A stretch of 59,202 bases of DNA, the filler included, from Sphacelaria rigidula (Eukaryota): the NCBI GenBank assembly GCA_964200075.2. It is 3 parts of 3 records of this genome, joined end to end, with 100 filler letters (N's around TTAATTAATTAA, not from the genome) between each part and the next. Parts side by side here need not be neighbours in the genome. Positions count along the whole stretch, not along the records: positions 1 to 19,674 come from CAXNAA020000631.1; 2 more parts are not named here. The stretch is one strand, 5' to 3'. A program made the translations under genes and the position numbers. Position 1 is the stretch's first letter; each line of letters begins with the position of its first letter. The notes beneath the pieces were generated by a model. That model ran no database searches, had not been told where the DNA came from, and worked only from the letters and a program-made list of their open reading frames with translations. Below are positions 1 through 13,212 of the stretch, one piece after another.

Positions 1-60
1 CCTGCCACCTTCACTACCCGCGTAGCATTACACTGCGGCCCTTACGCCACCGCGCGCGCC

Positions 61-3000
61 AAGTGCGTCTCGTTGTTAGACAGCGGTAGTCCACAGACAT
101 TCATCAACGAATCCATGTGAAATCATATGAAGCAGACTAGCGCTGCTTCCGATGTCTGCAAAATCATCACCCAACCTCGTGTTTGGGGCGGTTTCGGCGA
201 CTCCAAAACACCCTTGACGACACGAAAATCTGTTCGTTGTAGAATTTTTCCACCATGATACACGTTCGGCTAGTCTCGCAGTCTGGGCTTACATCGTCCC
301 TGATAGCACCATGCATCATGCTCTCCTCCTTGGCAGAGATAGCTACATGCGTTTTGACCAACGTACGTACCGCACCCTGCCACCATTATCGCCTCAGTCG
401 GCGCCTCGTGGAGAAGTCCAACTAGAACACTTTGGTACCCTCAATGGTGCCTCAGCCTACAAGAAGAATGAGCAGGTTACCGGAGCGGCTTACCATCTTC
501 GGTACAGTGGCAGTTCTGGCGTCACCCTTTCCGACGAGCCTCAACTCTTGGAAGTTTTGCTTGTTCGCCGCAACGGTTTGCCTGCCCTCACCCGCCACTA
601 CCTTGCGGAATTGCTGCCTAAAGTTGGCGCGCCCGCTGGCACTGAGCATTTTGTCTCGGACGGCGAACAACTTCTGCCTCTCACAGGCCATGCTAATTTG
701 GAACCTGGCGATGTCTTGGGCATCGCCGCGGCTCCTCTTGTGCACATTCCTCTAGAAACCTGTGTAGCCGACCCTCCAGCGCCTGATCTCACGCCACCGA
801 CTGATGGTTTTGTCCACTGCGTCGATGAGCCATACTTCAATCTATCCGCCTCACCCCCGACTCGGATTTCTGCGGTGGAATCCGACCGACCCCCTGCTGA
901 ACCTCCTGATGAAGTGCTTCAACGCTTATCGGTCGAGTCTCGGGAACATTTCCTGCAAATGTGGCACCAACTTCCACCTCATTTGCGTGATATCCATTTT
1001 GACCTACATGGTCCGGGCTGGGAGCCCGCCGTCATCCAAGAGCTACACGATGTTCTCCTGGAATATCAGGACAGATTTTCCCGATCCAAGACAGATCTCG
1101 GGCATTGTAAAACGTTGTCATTCGAGATAACACTGCAACCCGGCGTTTCGCCAATCTCGTCTCGACCATATCGAACGAATCCCCTCCTCATCAAAAAAGT
1201 CAATGCTATTTTGGATGCCTACTTAGGAGCTGGTCTGATTCAACACTCGTCTTCGCCATGGGCCTCACCCCTCGTGGTTGTCCCCAAAAACGGTGGCAAC
1301 ATCCGCATCACCGTGAATTACAAACGGCTGAATCGCGTCACTGTTGTGGGAAATCTCCCCATACCTCGCATCGACGAAGTCTTCGACTCTCTCGGTGAGG
1401 GAAAAATATTCAGCACTTTTGATCTGGCATCTGGATTTTTCCAAAATGCAATTCACTCCGACACAGAGACAGCGTTCTGTACATTTTTAGGGCTTTTTGA
1501 ATGGCTTCGTATGCCACAAGGCGATGCCACCGCACCTGGCTGCTTTCAACGCCTCATGCAACGCGTTACTGACGGTCTCGAGCATGTTATCATGTACCTA
1601 GACGATGCTATCGTTTTTGATGCCTCCCCCAAGGCGCATGTTCGCACTCTACGGGAATTTCTCTCCCGCTTGCGTACACACGACTTAAAATTGTCTCCAT
1701 CCAAAGCTCGACTCGGAGCCACTGAATTGGGTTTTTTGGGACACTCTATCTCTCCTGCTGGATTGCACCTAGACACGAAAAGGTCAAGGCTATGACTGAT
1801 ATGCCCATGCCCACCAATACTTCGCAGCTTCGCTCGCTGTTGGGTGCACTTTCCTTCTATCGCAAATATTTGCTCAATTTGTCCAAGCGGATCCGGCCCA
1901 TCACAGATTTACTGAAGAAAAACGTCCCGTTTGTCTTCACTAAAGACATGGAAGCCACCGTCCGCGAACTGCTCAAAACACTGACCGAAAAACCGGTCCT
2001 TTGTTTTCCGGATGGGGATACGGTACAAGACGGCTCACGTCTTTCCCAACTACACACCGATGCTAGCACAGATGGGTTCGGCGCCGTTTTGAGTCGACCT
2101 CGACTAGATGGCTCTGTCCGACCTATTTTGTACGTTAGCCGCGCAACCCTCCCAAACGAGGCAAACTGGAGTCCACTCGAACTTGAAGGCGGAGTCATAA
2201 CTTGGGCTATTGAAAGGCTTCGGCAGTACTTGCTCCACGTGCCTTTCCACATCTATACAGATCACGGAGCTCTTGAACAACTCGCTAAGGTTGGAGAACA
2301 GAACCCCCGCGTACAACGGTGGCTGGAGTTCGTGACTGCCTACCAGTACACTGTTAAACACCGTCCGGGCAAATCCAACGGTAAGGCTGACCTTCTTTCG
2401 CGATTGTCTCTGCCCCCTACAGCAGTAGATTTCAGTCCCGCTTGCCGCTTGACTGAACCTGACGAACCAGGCGTCTACCCCATTCGGCGTTTTTCTACGC
2501 CCATCTACGCGCTTGACCTGCAATGCCCTGAAACAGGTCTGCCCATGGGGGGCCTCCGCCCTCTGCCCAGTGTTGTCCCGACAAAGTCCGCGCCCCTTGT
2601 GCGCCCGACGCGCCGATCGCGCTCAGCAGTTTGCGCTACCCCCACGTCGCCGTCTGGGAATCTCCCTGCACCTGCGCCCCTGACTCGCGATACACATGCG
2701 TCAGATCCGCTTCCGGATCAAGATGTTGACGTCGGCACCCCTGCTCCTTCGCCTATGCCACCCCTTCCTGAGCCACCGTGTTTGGTTGGCTCTCCGGCTG
2801 AAGGACAACTTCGAGAATTTCTCGCTAGCTACTCCCACCGCGATTGCGCTCGCGACCAACAACAGGAACCACTCTGACGTGCGACAATGCGGTACTTACA
2901 GCTTAACTGCCCCACCCTTTCCCGGCTGAGATCCTGACCCCCATGGGTGCTCTACCCGCCCCCGCCGCCTCTGAAGTGCTCGAGCTAGCACGCAAAGGTA

Positions 3001-5033
3001 CTGTCTTCACAACTGACGACGACGTTCATTTGCTTGTTCGCCGGCCCAACTTCCCTCTGGGCACGGCTGCCGCAGTAACAACTGCCACTTCGGCACTTCT
3101 GCGTCATAACGCCCCTATCCGCATCTATGTCCCTATCATGATGCGTCCGTGGGTCATGAAGGGCTGTCACTCTGATTTGTCCTGCCACTTAGGCGTTATG
3201 CGCACGTCAGCGCTCCTAGAACGCTTTTACTGGTGGATCGGCATGGAAGCACCCACGCGTTTTTGGATCCGACGATGTTTCAAATGTCAGGCTCGCAAAA
3301 CCTCTCGACAGACTGTACGATGGCCGGTGATCTCCATGGAGCTTTCCAACGCTCCTGGTCACTTCGTACCGTTCGACTACGTCGGCCCTTTGCCCCCAAC
3401 TAGCCGTGGTAACACCTACATTCTGCTTTTCACCGACCGCTTCAGCCGCCATGCGGCTATGTATGCCGTTACTGCTAGCGACTTCACTGCCGCCGGCACA
3501 GCGGACATTCTCGTCCATGACTACATTAAGCACTATGGCTGCCCGAAACAGCTCCTCTCCGACAATGGTCAACAATGTTGCTCCAAACTCTCGGATGCTT
3601 TGTACACGCTCCTCGGCATTCGCAAAAATGCCACGAGCGCCCACCACCCCAACGGTAACGGTGGAACTGAACGTGTAAACCACACGATGGCTCAAATGCT
3701 ATTCATGGTCGTCAACGACCGAAAAAATGACTGGGACCTTCATCTTTCGCATGTCATGCTATCTTACAACAATTCGGTTAACGCGGCTGCGGGCCTCTCG
3801 CCCAACGAGCTACATCTCGGACGCTACCCTCGTCTGCCCATCACCGTTTTCAAAAGACATACCTTCGATGGTCACCAAGGTCTGGAACAGGATCAGCTGC
3901 CCTCCCACGACCTCGCCCGCGCTCGTCAGCGCAAGGCTTTCACTTTGGTGCGCGAACAACACGCTATCAACGCCTCACGCCTTGAAATATCCAACACCGC
4001 CCTCTACAACTTGATGCACAAACGCCTTACTTGGAAGATCGGTGATTGGGCCTGGATCTACAACAGTTCGTCCACCATCCGTCAAGGCGCTGACCGTACT
4101 GCCCAGGCAACAGTCTTGAAGACGAAACTTTCCCTCAATTGGACGGGTCCGTTCAAGATTCTCATAGTCGGACCCTCGCCGCCATCTCCTGACGGCAAGC
4201 CCGTTGGCGACAAACTCCTCTACCTCGATTTACCTCGTGACCTCCAGGGGCACGACGCTGAATCTCGCGTCTCTGTGCATCGTTGCAAGCCTTGCACGAA
4301 TCCGCATGACACTACGGACATGCCTCAATACCTGCCTGCAGGTCTCACTCAATACGTACTCAACAGCTACTCAACAAAATCTCCACAGTACCACGTTACC
4401 ACCGATGACGTGACTAAACAACCTCTCCGCTTGACCGTGTCCCACATTTCCGGCCACCAAATCACTCAAGGCCCTGGCGGCAAAATTGCCGTTATGTACA
4501 AGACATACTGGCAAGGTCTTCGGCGTGCGTCTTGGGAACGCAAGTCCGACCTTCAACTGCACCGTCGTGCTATCCTTCTCTATTGGACACAATCCTCACA
4601 GCAACAGATCGCTGACAACAAGTGATATCGCAACATGAGACGCGGTGCCGCAGCCCGCGAACTCCACCGCGACAAAGAATTACGTTTTGTAGCCAATGGT
4701 TACAAACTCGTACCAACCAAACAATGGAACGAAAATATTCGCGCAAAACAACAACCGCTCCCTAAAGGTGCCTACTTGTGGTATAAGGGCAGCGATTACC
4801 TCTGGTGGCTAGGTCAGATCCACTTCGTCGATGCCCTCGCGGCTGACACGTACATTGTACGTTTCCTCAACAAAACTGGGCCCGTTCAGCTCAAGCTTCG
4901 CCCCGATGTTTACACGACCAGCCCCTCCGCACCCCGCGGCTCCTGGTGCCTACAACGCTTCAAGTCACACGGCCTACGCCGTGGTCTTCAGCGCAATATC
5001 GATCGTGCACACGACATCAATGTACCATCTTGA
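61..5033 (+). pseudogene. pol: Gypsy pol (protease, RT, RNase H, integrase, chromodomain, extra C-terminal domain) broken by stops and frameshifts
   Basis: Protease LLDSGS (~73-90). RT motifs SPWASPLVVV, FDLASGF, MPQG, YLDD in ORF 311-1795. RNase H HTDAS and YTDH in ORF 1792-2877. Integrase HHCC, SDNG, ERVN, WTGPF in ORF 2943-4625. ORF 4635-5033 is in the same frame after a single TGA. Stops at 118-120, 2875-2877 and 4623-4625; frame changes near 1790 and 2900. Confidence 0.93.
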
Positions 5034-5634
5034 GTCCTATCTCTTCGCACTCCCTTTATCGCGGTTTTTTATCTCCTCTCCCAGTTCGGTTCTGGTACTT
5101 CTTTTGTTCCCACTCAGGTACGCTCTCCTCTTCACTGCTTCACCTACGATGGCTCTCCTATCGCGGCTCGTCTCTACCCTCATCACCCCCTTCGACGACT
5201 TCCTCTGGACCCCCTTCGCCCCCTTCCCTTGGCTCTACGCTGCCGCTACCTTGTCTGGCTGGCACTCGCCACTTTTCAGATCCTTGAGTTTTTGCTTCCC
5301 TGCTTGAGATTGCCACTGTGTCCTTTGCGAGGTCTTCCTTTGCTTTTTCACTAGCTAGCGCATCAACGCATTGTGTCCTTTTTCCTTCTGTTCGCTAGCT
5401 CGCAGCAGCATCGTGTGCTACTGCGCAGTCAACCGCAATTGCGTAATTGCGCTTTTTGAGGCACCTTTCGTTTTCTTGTTGAGGTGTGGAAGGATCGGGC
5501 ACCGGGCTGGTCATTGCCCTCTTGTTTTTGTTTCGCGATGTCTCCTCATGACTTAATGGGTGAGACAAGCCTCAATTTTAGTTGCTCTTGAGATTTCATC
5601 GCACCTCAAATTGATGTTCGTCTGGGTGGGTGAG

Positions 5635-6013
5635 TGTCATAAGGAAGGAAGATAGAGAGGCGCTATTTGTTCCCACAGACAACTTTGGGGCAGGTTGGCT
5701 CACAGATCACTCGACCCATCCATGGGAATGCTCCCATAGTTCTGGGGAAGGTTGATGTACAGACTACGTTCTGGGGAAGGTCGGTGTACAGGCTGGTGTA
5801 CCCTAGCTGGGGAAGCTCAGTGTGCAGGCTGACATGCCCTGGTCCCGAGGAGGCAAAACGCCTTCTCGAGCCGAGGTCGGATAGGTCGTGTTCCATGCAC
5901 ACTCGCCCACTCTTGAGCTGCCCTTCGAGCCGGACATCTGCTTCTACTCTTTACCTTTGGTGAGAACAGTGTGCTAGGCGAGCAAGGGAATAATAAGTGA
6001 AAGTTACGAGACA
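5635..6013 (+). repeat. putative 3' LTR of the Gypsy element
   Basis: Starts TGTCATAA directly after the PPT and ends TTACGAGACA (imperfect inverted termini). The partner LTR is not in the window. Confidence 0.6.
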
Positions 6014-6104
6014 AAAAGCCTTTGAGCTTCTTTTGCCTGCTTGCTACAGTTGACCATCGGTCACGTGAGCCTACCTGTGAATCATATAGCTTCCGGACAC
6101 ATCA

Positions 6105-8200
6105 TTGCACCTCGTGCATAGCTTATTGCACATCGATCTATCGAGGAAGGTGTGTGGAGTCTGTTCACACATATCCCTATTACATTTAGACGACTTCTTT
6201 GACCACGCCCATGCTTCCGTAGAAGCAACCGTCGACATGGATACGGAGATCAATCTCCCTCTGGCTTCCGCCCCTGTGATCACTGAGAACAGTGACTCTC
6301 CCCACCAGTCAGCCGCTGCAGGCAGTGGCGGAATTTCGGCATTTGTCCCCGACCCCGCATCCCCCCCCGTAGGTCTTGATACTGAAACCAACATTAGGCC
6401 TCTCTTGACAGCCGACCGTGTACAACAGACTAGCTCCACCACAACGCGCCCTCCCCAAAAAGTGAGGGGCAAAGCGAAATCGCAATTAATTCCAATACTC
6501 GCGTCCAGACGCCATTTCCCCCATAGGTTGGAACAGTGGACGGCTACCGAACAAGCCGAATACTGGGACCACATGTTGATACAGGCCAACCAGGCCAAAG
6601 CAGAGCGCACTAAGCGTCAGGATTTCGAACGTAGTCAACTCCTAGCACGAACTCGACGTGACGTGGACACGCAGCGACAGGCTCTCGCTCTCCAGCAGAG
6701 AAAACAAGACAGGGTGCTCCGCCAATCGGCCAAAGCTCTTCGTACCGCACAACTGTAGTTAGATGAGGCACGACATACACACAAACTTCACTCTGAACAG
6801 TCAACGGCACGTCTCTCGGTAACAAGTTCGGCGTCTACGTTTACTCACTGTTGACCCGTCCATGACCATGGACGAACCCCAAACTTCATCCATGGCTACT
6901 AGTATGTCCAATCCAGTCAACGATACTGAATCACCTGCACGTGCCCCGTTAACCACGGGACTCCCCCCTCCACCACAACAGATCCTTCCAGCGGTACAAA
7001 AACATAACCGTTCAGTCTCCACGTTTCAGACCGCAGGTAGCCGTGAACAACGCTCTCTCCCTTCCAACCCCCCCCCCCACGCACCAATCTAGTTCCACAC
7101 GCTAATCTGTCGTACGCGATGGCGGCGATGGGCACAGCTTCCGAAGGACCATCAACTGCGCCACTACGGTTGCAGAACCCTGGTAACTCGCATGGGACTT
7201 GTCCGGTGTTGAAACCTCGGCGACTACAGCCCTATCGTATTCCGTCGACGAACCCGCTAATCTGGTGCGTTGTACATGTCAAGCACATCGCCTTGCAGAC
7301 CCGATCAGTGAGAAGACCAAAGACTTTCTTGCCTGGTTCCCCCATCACCGCGGTACAGCAACACTTGCGGAACTTGTCAGATGTGTGCAGTCCCAGCCTC
7401 ACCCCAACTACACTACGAAGGAAATACAACACAACAATGTCGAGCCTCTCATCATCATGTTCTGTGATGTTGAAGAAATCCGGAAAACAGTATATTCGGG
7501 GCGACCACCTCACAGAAAGTAAAGGGATCGGGTAGGAGGGAAGATTGTAGAAGGACGGGAGCAACTGTTCAAGACTACAGCAAGTGAAGCCATAGGGAAA
7601 AACCTTATCGTATGCAAACGAATAGTAAATGATGGGATGAGGATGCCCACCTTGGGGTCGTTCAGACAAAGTTCATTTTGCCCTAAAAAACATCGGGGTT
7701 TCGCGGTTTGAAGGAAAATCATGAGACAAGTCACATTTCATGACCGACCGTAAGATTCCAACACCGTGCGATAGGTTTCACGAGTCACACCTCTGGCTAT
7801 AAGCCATGCCACACCGGAAACTAAACACAGTTTTCGGCATCAAGGACACTTTCTACGATAACCTCACCCCAAGAAGTGTCTGGTTTGGGGAGGCAAAATC
7901 TACACGAATATCAAAATGAAATAAAGCCGAGCACAACGAGCAGATGGGAATTCCCACGCTTGTGTCGTTTTGGCCAATGTCGCCCATATGAGGCGCTTCA
8001 TGCAGCCTGGAAAAAACATTGGGCGCTGTATGATCTTTTTTTTCGTGACGGTTTTGGGCCGGTTCGAGAGGAGGCTATCGTATAAAGGCTCCGGCGTATT
8101 GGTCAAAAGAAGGTCGTTCCAATCACCATGGTTCTGACCAGCGTCGTCGTGTGTGCCGTACACACGAACAGCGGTCAGTCACACACATCAGACACAGTAT
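6105..8200 (+). pseudogene. decayed ORF chain of unknown family, probably TE-derived
   Basis: Consecutive + strand ORFs 6105-6758 (with a Q/R/A-rich coiled-coil-like stretch), 6862-7092, 7199-7522 and 7876-8085. No recognised domain. Confidence 0.3.
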
Positions 8201-9139
8201 AAAAATGTAAGTTATGCAACATCGAAAATATTGTATTGGCGAACCGGTCCGTATGCACAGTGACACCACCAAACTTTCACCGAGATATCAAAACGAATCG
8301 CAGAAAATGGGTTCAGGGGGTCCCGGAGGACCCACTACCACCAAAATCACCATCACTCAACTCACCGGTGAAATTCTAATCCACCATATCGCGCATACAT
8401 TCGCTCCTAGCAAGTGAAGAGTTCGCGCTTGCTAATCATTACAACACCAAAACGCGAAAGCAAATCTTTGGGTAGTTCGATCGAACAATCTCTACCCCGT
8501 GGTAGTACTAAAACTTGACCTTGCCAACGCCACAGCACACACGCTTAATCCAATCGTCCGCAACTGCACAACACGATCCACAAAACATTGACGTTAAGCC
8601 AGGTCCGAATTCAACACATGAACACTGTTTTCATATCACCTCCTGGACCAGCCCTACGACTATTCTGATTCACGACGTGGAATTGACATTTTCGATTCCA
8701 GTCTGAACTCAGCGAGCCATCCATTGAAAGTAAACAATCGATCAACAAGGTCCAATGTCGCTTTTCAAACAAGAAATAATCGAGGATTGTGTTCTGTTGG
8801 GTACGACTTTTTTGGTACACCCCAAGTATTCACCCGGGCACTACCCGTACCCGACAGTCTTGTGAATTCTCTGAAAGCCTCGTACCGGTACCCAACCGTT
8901 CTGTGGGTTGTCTTAGCCCCCCATACCGGTACCCGATAGTTCTGACATCTGCACGAAATGTTCACCCCTTACCCGAGGCACGGGTATATACCCTTGTAGG
9001 AATACCCTTGTAGAAATACCCACTTGCGGATAGGGGATTCTATAAAACCTCCACCCGACAGGTTCTGCGAGTTCTGCAAGACTTTCATACCGGTACCTGA
9101 CAGTTGTGCAAGTTCTGTACGAAATCTCATACCCTATCA

Positions 9140-9445
9140 TGTTGGTTGGCTCGGTTGCCCGTTAAGATTCTTAGAGATAGTTTATTAAAGCAGGTCAGCC
9201 AGTCTGACTGCGGTGGTGGGATGAAGTGAGATGATGTGCGAGCCACATACCCCATGTCATCAAGCCAAGACTTCACGTATGTAACGGAACGCCTAAATGC
9301 GGTGTAACACCCTACACGTGCACCCAATCATATCACCACATAACACCCTACACGTGTACCCAATCATATCCCCACACGTCACGTCAGTCACCACATCGTA
9401 GATCCTTGTCGTAGACCTCTCCAAAGATACTCAATTACTCCAACA
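9140..9445 (-). repeat. 3' LTR of the Copia-like element
   Basis: TGTTGG...CCAACA, homologous to 12955-13212, with an internal ~36-bp duplication around 9305-9377. Confidence 0.9.
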
Positions 9446-11440
9446 CCCCCCCTAATCTGTAATCTTTGGACTCAATATATCATGAGCAAATAAATCATAG
9501 AATAATTTTGCCCGTGCAAAAATGGATCTTTTCCTCCTCTTACTCATACGTGTAAACTCGGAACAATCAAACGCAAAAACAAATCAGTCGCATGCTCTCC
9601 TACTCAACACACAGTCTCGACCCGGTTGGGGAGATAAGCATCTGAGCAATTATCTCAACCCAACCTTGCCCGGCTGGGGAGATAAAAACACACAGCTCGA
9701 ACATTCTGAAGGCGCGTACCGAGGCGACCCTCGAGGCATCCGAGGTGAGCGTCCGCCGATTCAAAACCAAGCGGAAGAATCAGGAGAAGAGGTCCGCTCC
9801 TACTCCCGATCCAAAAACAATCGTGAAACATCCTGCACTCTCACAGTCACTTCCAAGAGTCAATATCTCATCCACGAAAAAAACATTTATGCTATTTCCA
9901 CGTACAGATAGACCATCAAACTTTCATTCCAACCCGTAGTGAAATTTCTTCTATAGAATCAATGAAAAACAACCAGCATGCATCCATAGTACTTTCACGC
10001 CACGTCAGACGGTAGCAGAAAACTCGGAACAGAACAAAGTTACTCAGTTATTCTGCACCCCGTATCATGTCATACTGTTTACTATATCCACATCAGAATC
10101 CTACTGTATTGCGATCGATGCGAATTTTCCCCCTGCCATGCATACTTAACCTCAGTCAACACCGATACTGTATACGCAATCAACATCGCTACTGTCTACA
10201 CATGAACACCCCCCCCCCCTTTTTCGTTCCTCAAAACAAGGAAAAGGGTTTGTGTAGCCTCGATCTCTCACTCAGTATGCAGGTATGGTTCGCCATCAAC
10301 ATCATCCGCTCAAAACGATAGTCCCATCATCTCTTACTGTCACATTTTTGTTACAGAAAAACAGTTCGCCCGTACTACACTCTGGCAATTTGTCCGGCCT
10401 TTACCCAACTCGATGATTGAAAGGCAGTGCATTGTCGTTTCATTTCTCTACCTGGGGTGCACTCCTACAGCAATTATCCGGAATCATGCACTGTTCTCAT
10501 CTTTGGCAGCGCTTACACATCATGGTATTTCAGGCTCTCCCACGCTACGGCCCTTCATGTTTACGTTGCTGACCCAATATTATTTTCGCTTCAGCGGTCC
10601 ACCGAATTTCATCATGTCCTGCACTTTACGTTCGTTACTACAACAGTTGATCGAAAAGATTCAATCACCGTACCACTTCGCGTTCGTTTTCAGCAGCCAT
10701 AATTTCAAATCTCACTGGCTTTGCGATAATTTTTCAGTCCACGTTCACCGATCACTGTAATCTCTTCGCGTTTCGTTCCTACAGTTTATCAACTACAGTC
10801 AGCCAAACCAATTTTTGTTACGCTACAACAGTCCACGACTCAACTGCTTGCACATTTGTTTAGAAGGAAATTTGTGTTCCAGCACTCTCGACCTTCCCAC
10901 AGTCACAGTCCAAGGTACTCTACCGGTGTACTCACCAAAACAAAATAACCTCATTACTTCACTCCCTCGGCAGTTTTTCCGGCCACCACTTGACATCATG
11001 ATCGAAATACATCGCATATCTTTTTTCACTGTTTATGTTGCAACCTCCTACAGTCATTTTCGGAATCATTCCTGTGCACATGTTTTTCGCTGCAAAGCTC
11101 TCGTTGTGATCGGCCTACCTACGCTGTAACATTTTACGTGTCTACGTTGCTGACCCATGTCTCCACGACAGTATTCCGTACACCTGTGAAAAACTTCAGT
11201 CAACGTTCAACGATCGCGGTACTCTTGCGTGCGTCAGTCAAACAACTTTAGTGGATTCTAACACACTCTTGCGCGTCCAACTCACTGTCTACAATTTTTC
11301 CGACTGCAACGTGCATACATACAAGCAAGCAATCAATACTCCGATGCACTCAACAATCATCCACAGTCAGTATCGCTTCTTCAATTTTTCCGGTCTACCT
11401 ACCAAAAACAAAATATCATGCAAGGTCACAATATGAATAC

Positions 11441-12914
11441 CTAAAATGACTCGGCGTCAGCCTCGCTGCACACGGACGAGTCATCCTCGTCTACCCCGTT
11501 CATTACTAGCGCAACGTCTTCCTCAGCTAACTGGGCATCGTCCTCGGCTTTGCACTTCTTCGCGCTGTGATCCTTCTCCCCGCGCCTGAAACATCTTCGG
11601 TAAGGACACTCGCGCGCCCTGTGCGTGACTATTTTCCTACACACATGGCACCTCCACCGTGGAGGATCGTCGCTCGAACTCCTCGACGTCGTCGATCTCG
11701 TCACCACTTGGACCACCTTTTCCCCGATCATCATCATCCTGCCTCTGACCCCGGGCCCTTCCGCCGCGGCGCGAGCCGCCGGCTTTGCCCAACCGTCCCT
11801 TCGCCACCATCGCGTCGTTACTCGCGGACTCCTTCTCGAGTAGCATCTTGAAAGCGCTCGACTCGAACCTCCCCCTCACCACGGAAACCTCTTCCTCCTC
11901 AACGGACCCTTGACTCCCTCCAACATCTGACGTTGAATCTCATACTCGGAAGGCGGCGCTTTGAGGAATTTGGACAGAATAAGGGAGTCGTTCAGATGTT
12001 TGAACTCTTCGTAACATCTCAGTCTTCGTGCTGTGCTCTCTAGTTCCACCAGTTGTACGATCGGGTCTTTGTCGACGGCTACTGTGACATTGTCAATCTT
12101 ACTCAGTAATGCAAGCCTAGCCCCCTGGGTCTTTGGACTCCGTGCCTCTACGAGAGCATCCCAAGCCTCGCGTGGAGAATAGACTCTAAAAAATATGTCC
12201 TTGTCTTCTTCTTCGGTGAGACTCACGGACATATGGTGCCATGCCCTGACGTGTGTACTCACTACATCACGCCCATACTGTGTTTCCAGCTCTTCAAGTG
12301 CTACACTCGGGTCGCCTACGTGAATCAACTCACAATCCCCCGTAAACGCCCAGTCCAGTCTCAAGTGTCGTGCATATGTAATGAAAGATTGTCGGAAGCG
12401 CTCAAAGTCACCCTCCTTTCCAGTGTACTTCGGTACCTCAGGTTAAAATCCACTTGAAAAACCACCCTCATACATCCCCTGCATCATTATACCATAACTG
12501 AAATCGTGTCCACCCCTGGAGGGAGACTCGCGTTGGGGGCCCCTTGCCCCTGGCGTTCCTCTTGTAGCCCCTGAGCTCGAACCATGAGGGCCTTGACTGC
12601 TCCCCCATGGCCACGAAGGTCTGCCGCCTGTAGCCCCCCCGTGCGTTGCGGGTGATTTGTTGCTGCGGACCTCACCCCTGCTGGGCCGCTGCTGACGATG
12701 ATGTCTCCGCTCCTGACGCCTCTGGCTTCACCCACTCCGTTGCTGCTGATCTTCATGGTATCCAGCCTCTGTGTCATCCGCTCCAGCAGATGGCCGAATG
12801 CCACCATCGTGTTCTCTACTGGGGCTAAACGATCAATGGTTGAAGAGGCCTGCGAGCCCCTCTATGAACCGTTGTCAGAGGATTGCTGTTGTGAGCCATT
12901 TCCTCGTGCAGCCA
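11441..12914 (-). pseudogene. gag: Copia-type gag with two zinc knuckles, frameshifted
   Basis: ORFs 12487-12807, 11876-12364 (SPREAWDAL...LSKFLKAPPSEYE, Copia gag-like), 11637-11882 and 11441-11737 (CHVCRKIVTHRAREC, CFRRGEKDHSAKKC). Ends at a TAG at 11441. Confidence 0.8.
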
Positions 12915-12954
12915 TCTTCGTGCGTTGAGCCGTACCGGTAGGGATATACTAGTA

Positions 12955-13212
12955 TGGTGGTTGACTCGGTTGCCCGTGAAGAGTTGTAGAGATAGTTTAT
13001 TTGGTCAGCCAGTCTGATTGCGGTGTTGGAATGAAGTGAGGTAATGCGCTAGCCACACACCTCATGTCCCCAAGACAAGACTTCACGTACGTAACGGAAC
13101 GCCTAAATGCGGTGTAGCACCCTACACGTGTACCCAATCAGATCACCACCCGTCAATCACTACATCGTAAATCCTTATCGTGCCTCTCCAAAGATACTCA
13201 ACTATTCCAACA
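12955..13212 (-). repeat. 5' LTR of the Copia-like element
   Basis: TGGTGG...CCAACA, homologous to 9140-9445, immediately upstream of the gag start. Confidence 0.9.

Larger units (their letters stand above)
1..6013 (+). mobile_element. Ty3/Gypsy (chromovirus-like) LTR retrotransposon, 5' part outside the window, decayed
   Basis: Domain order PR-RT-RH-INT, a polypurine tract GGGTGGGTGAG at 5624-5634, then a TG-starting LTR. Confidence 0.93.
9140..13212 (-). mobile_element. Copia-like LTR element carrying gag but no visible pol
   Basis: Related LTRs at 9140-9445 and 12955-13212 (both end CCAACA). PPT complement CCCCCCCT at 9446-9453. Gag remnants on the - strand. Confidence 0.85.
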
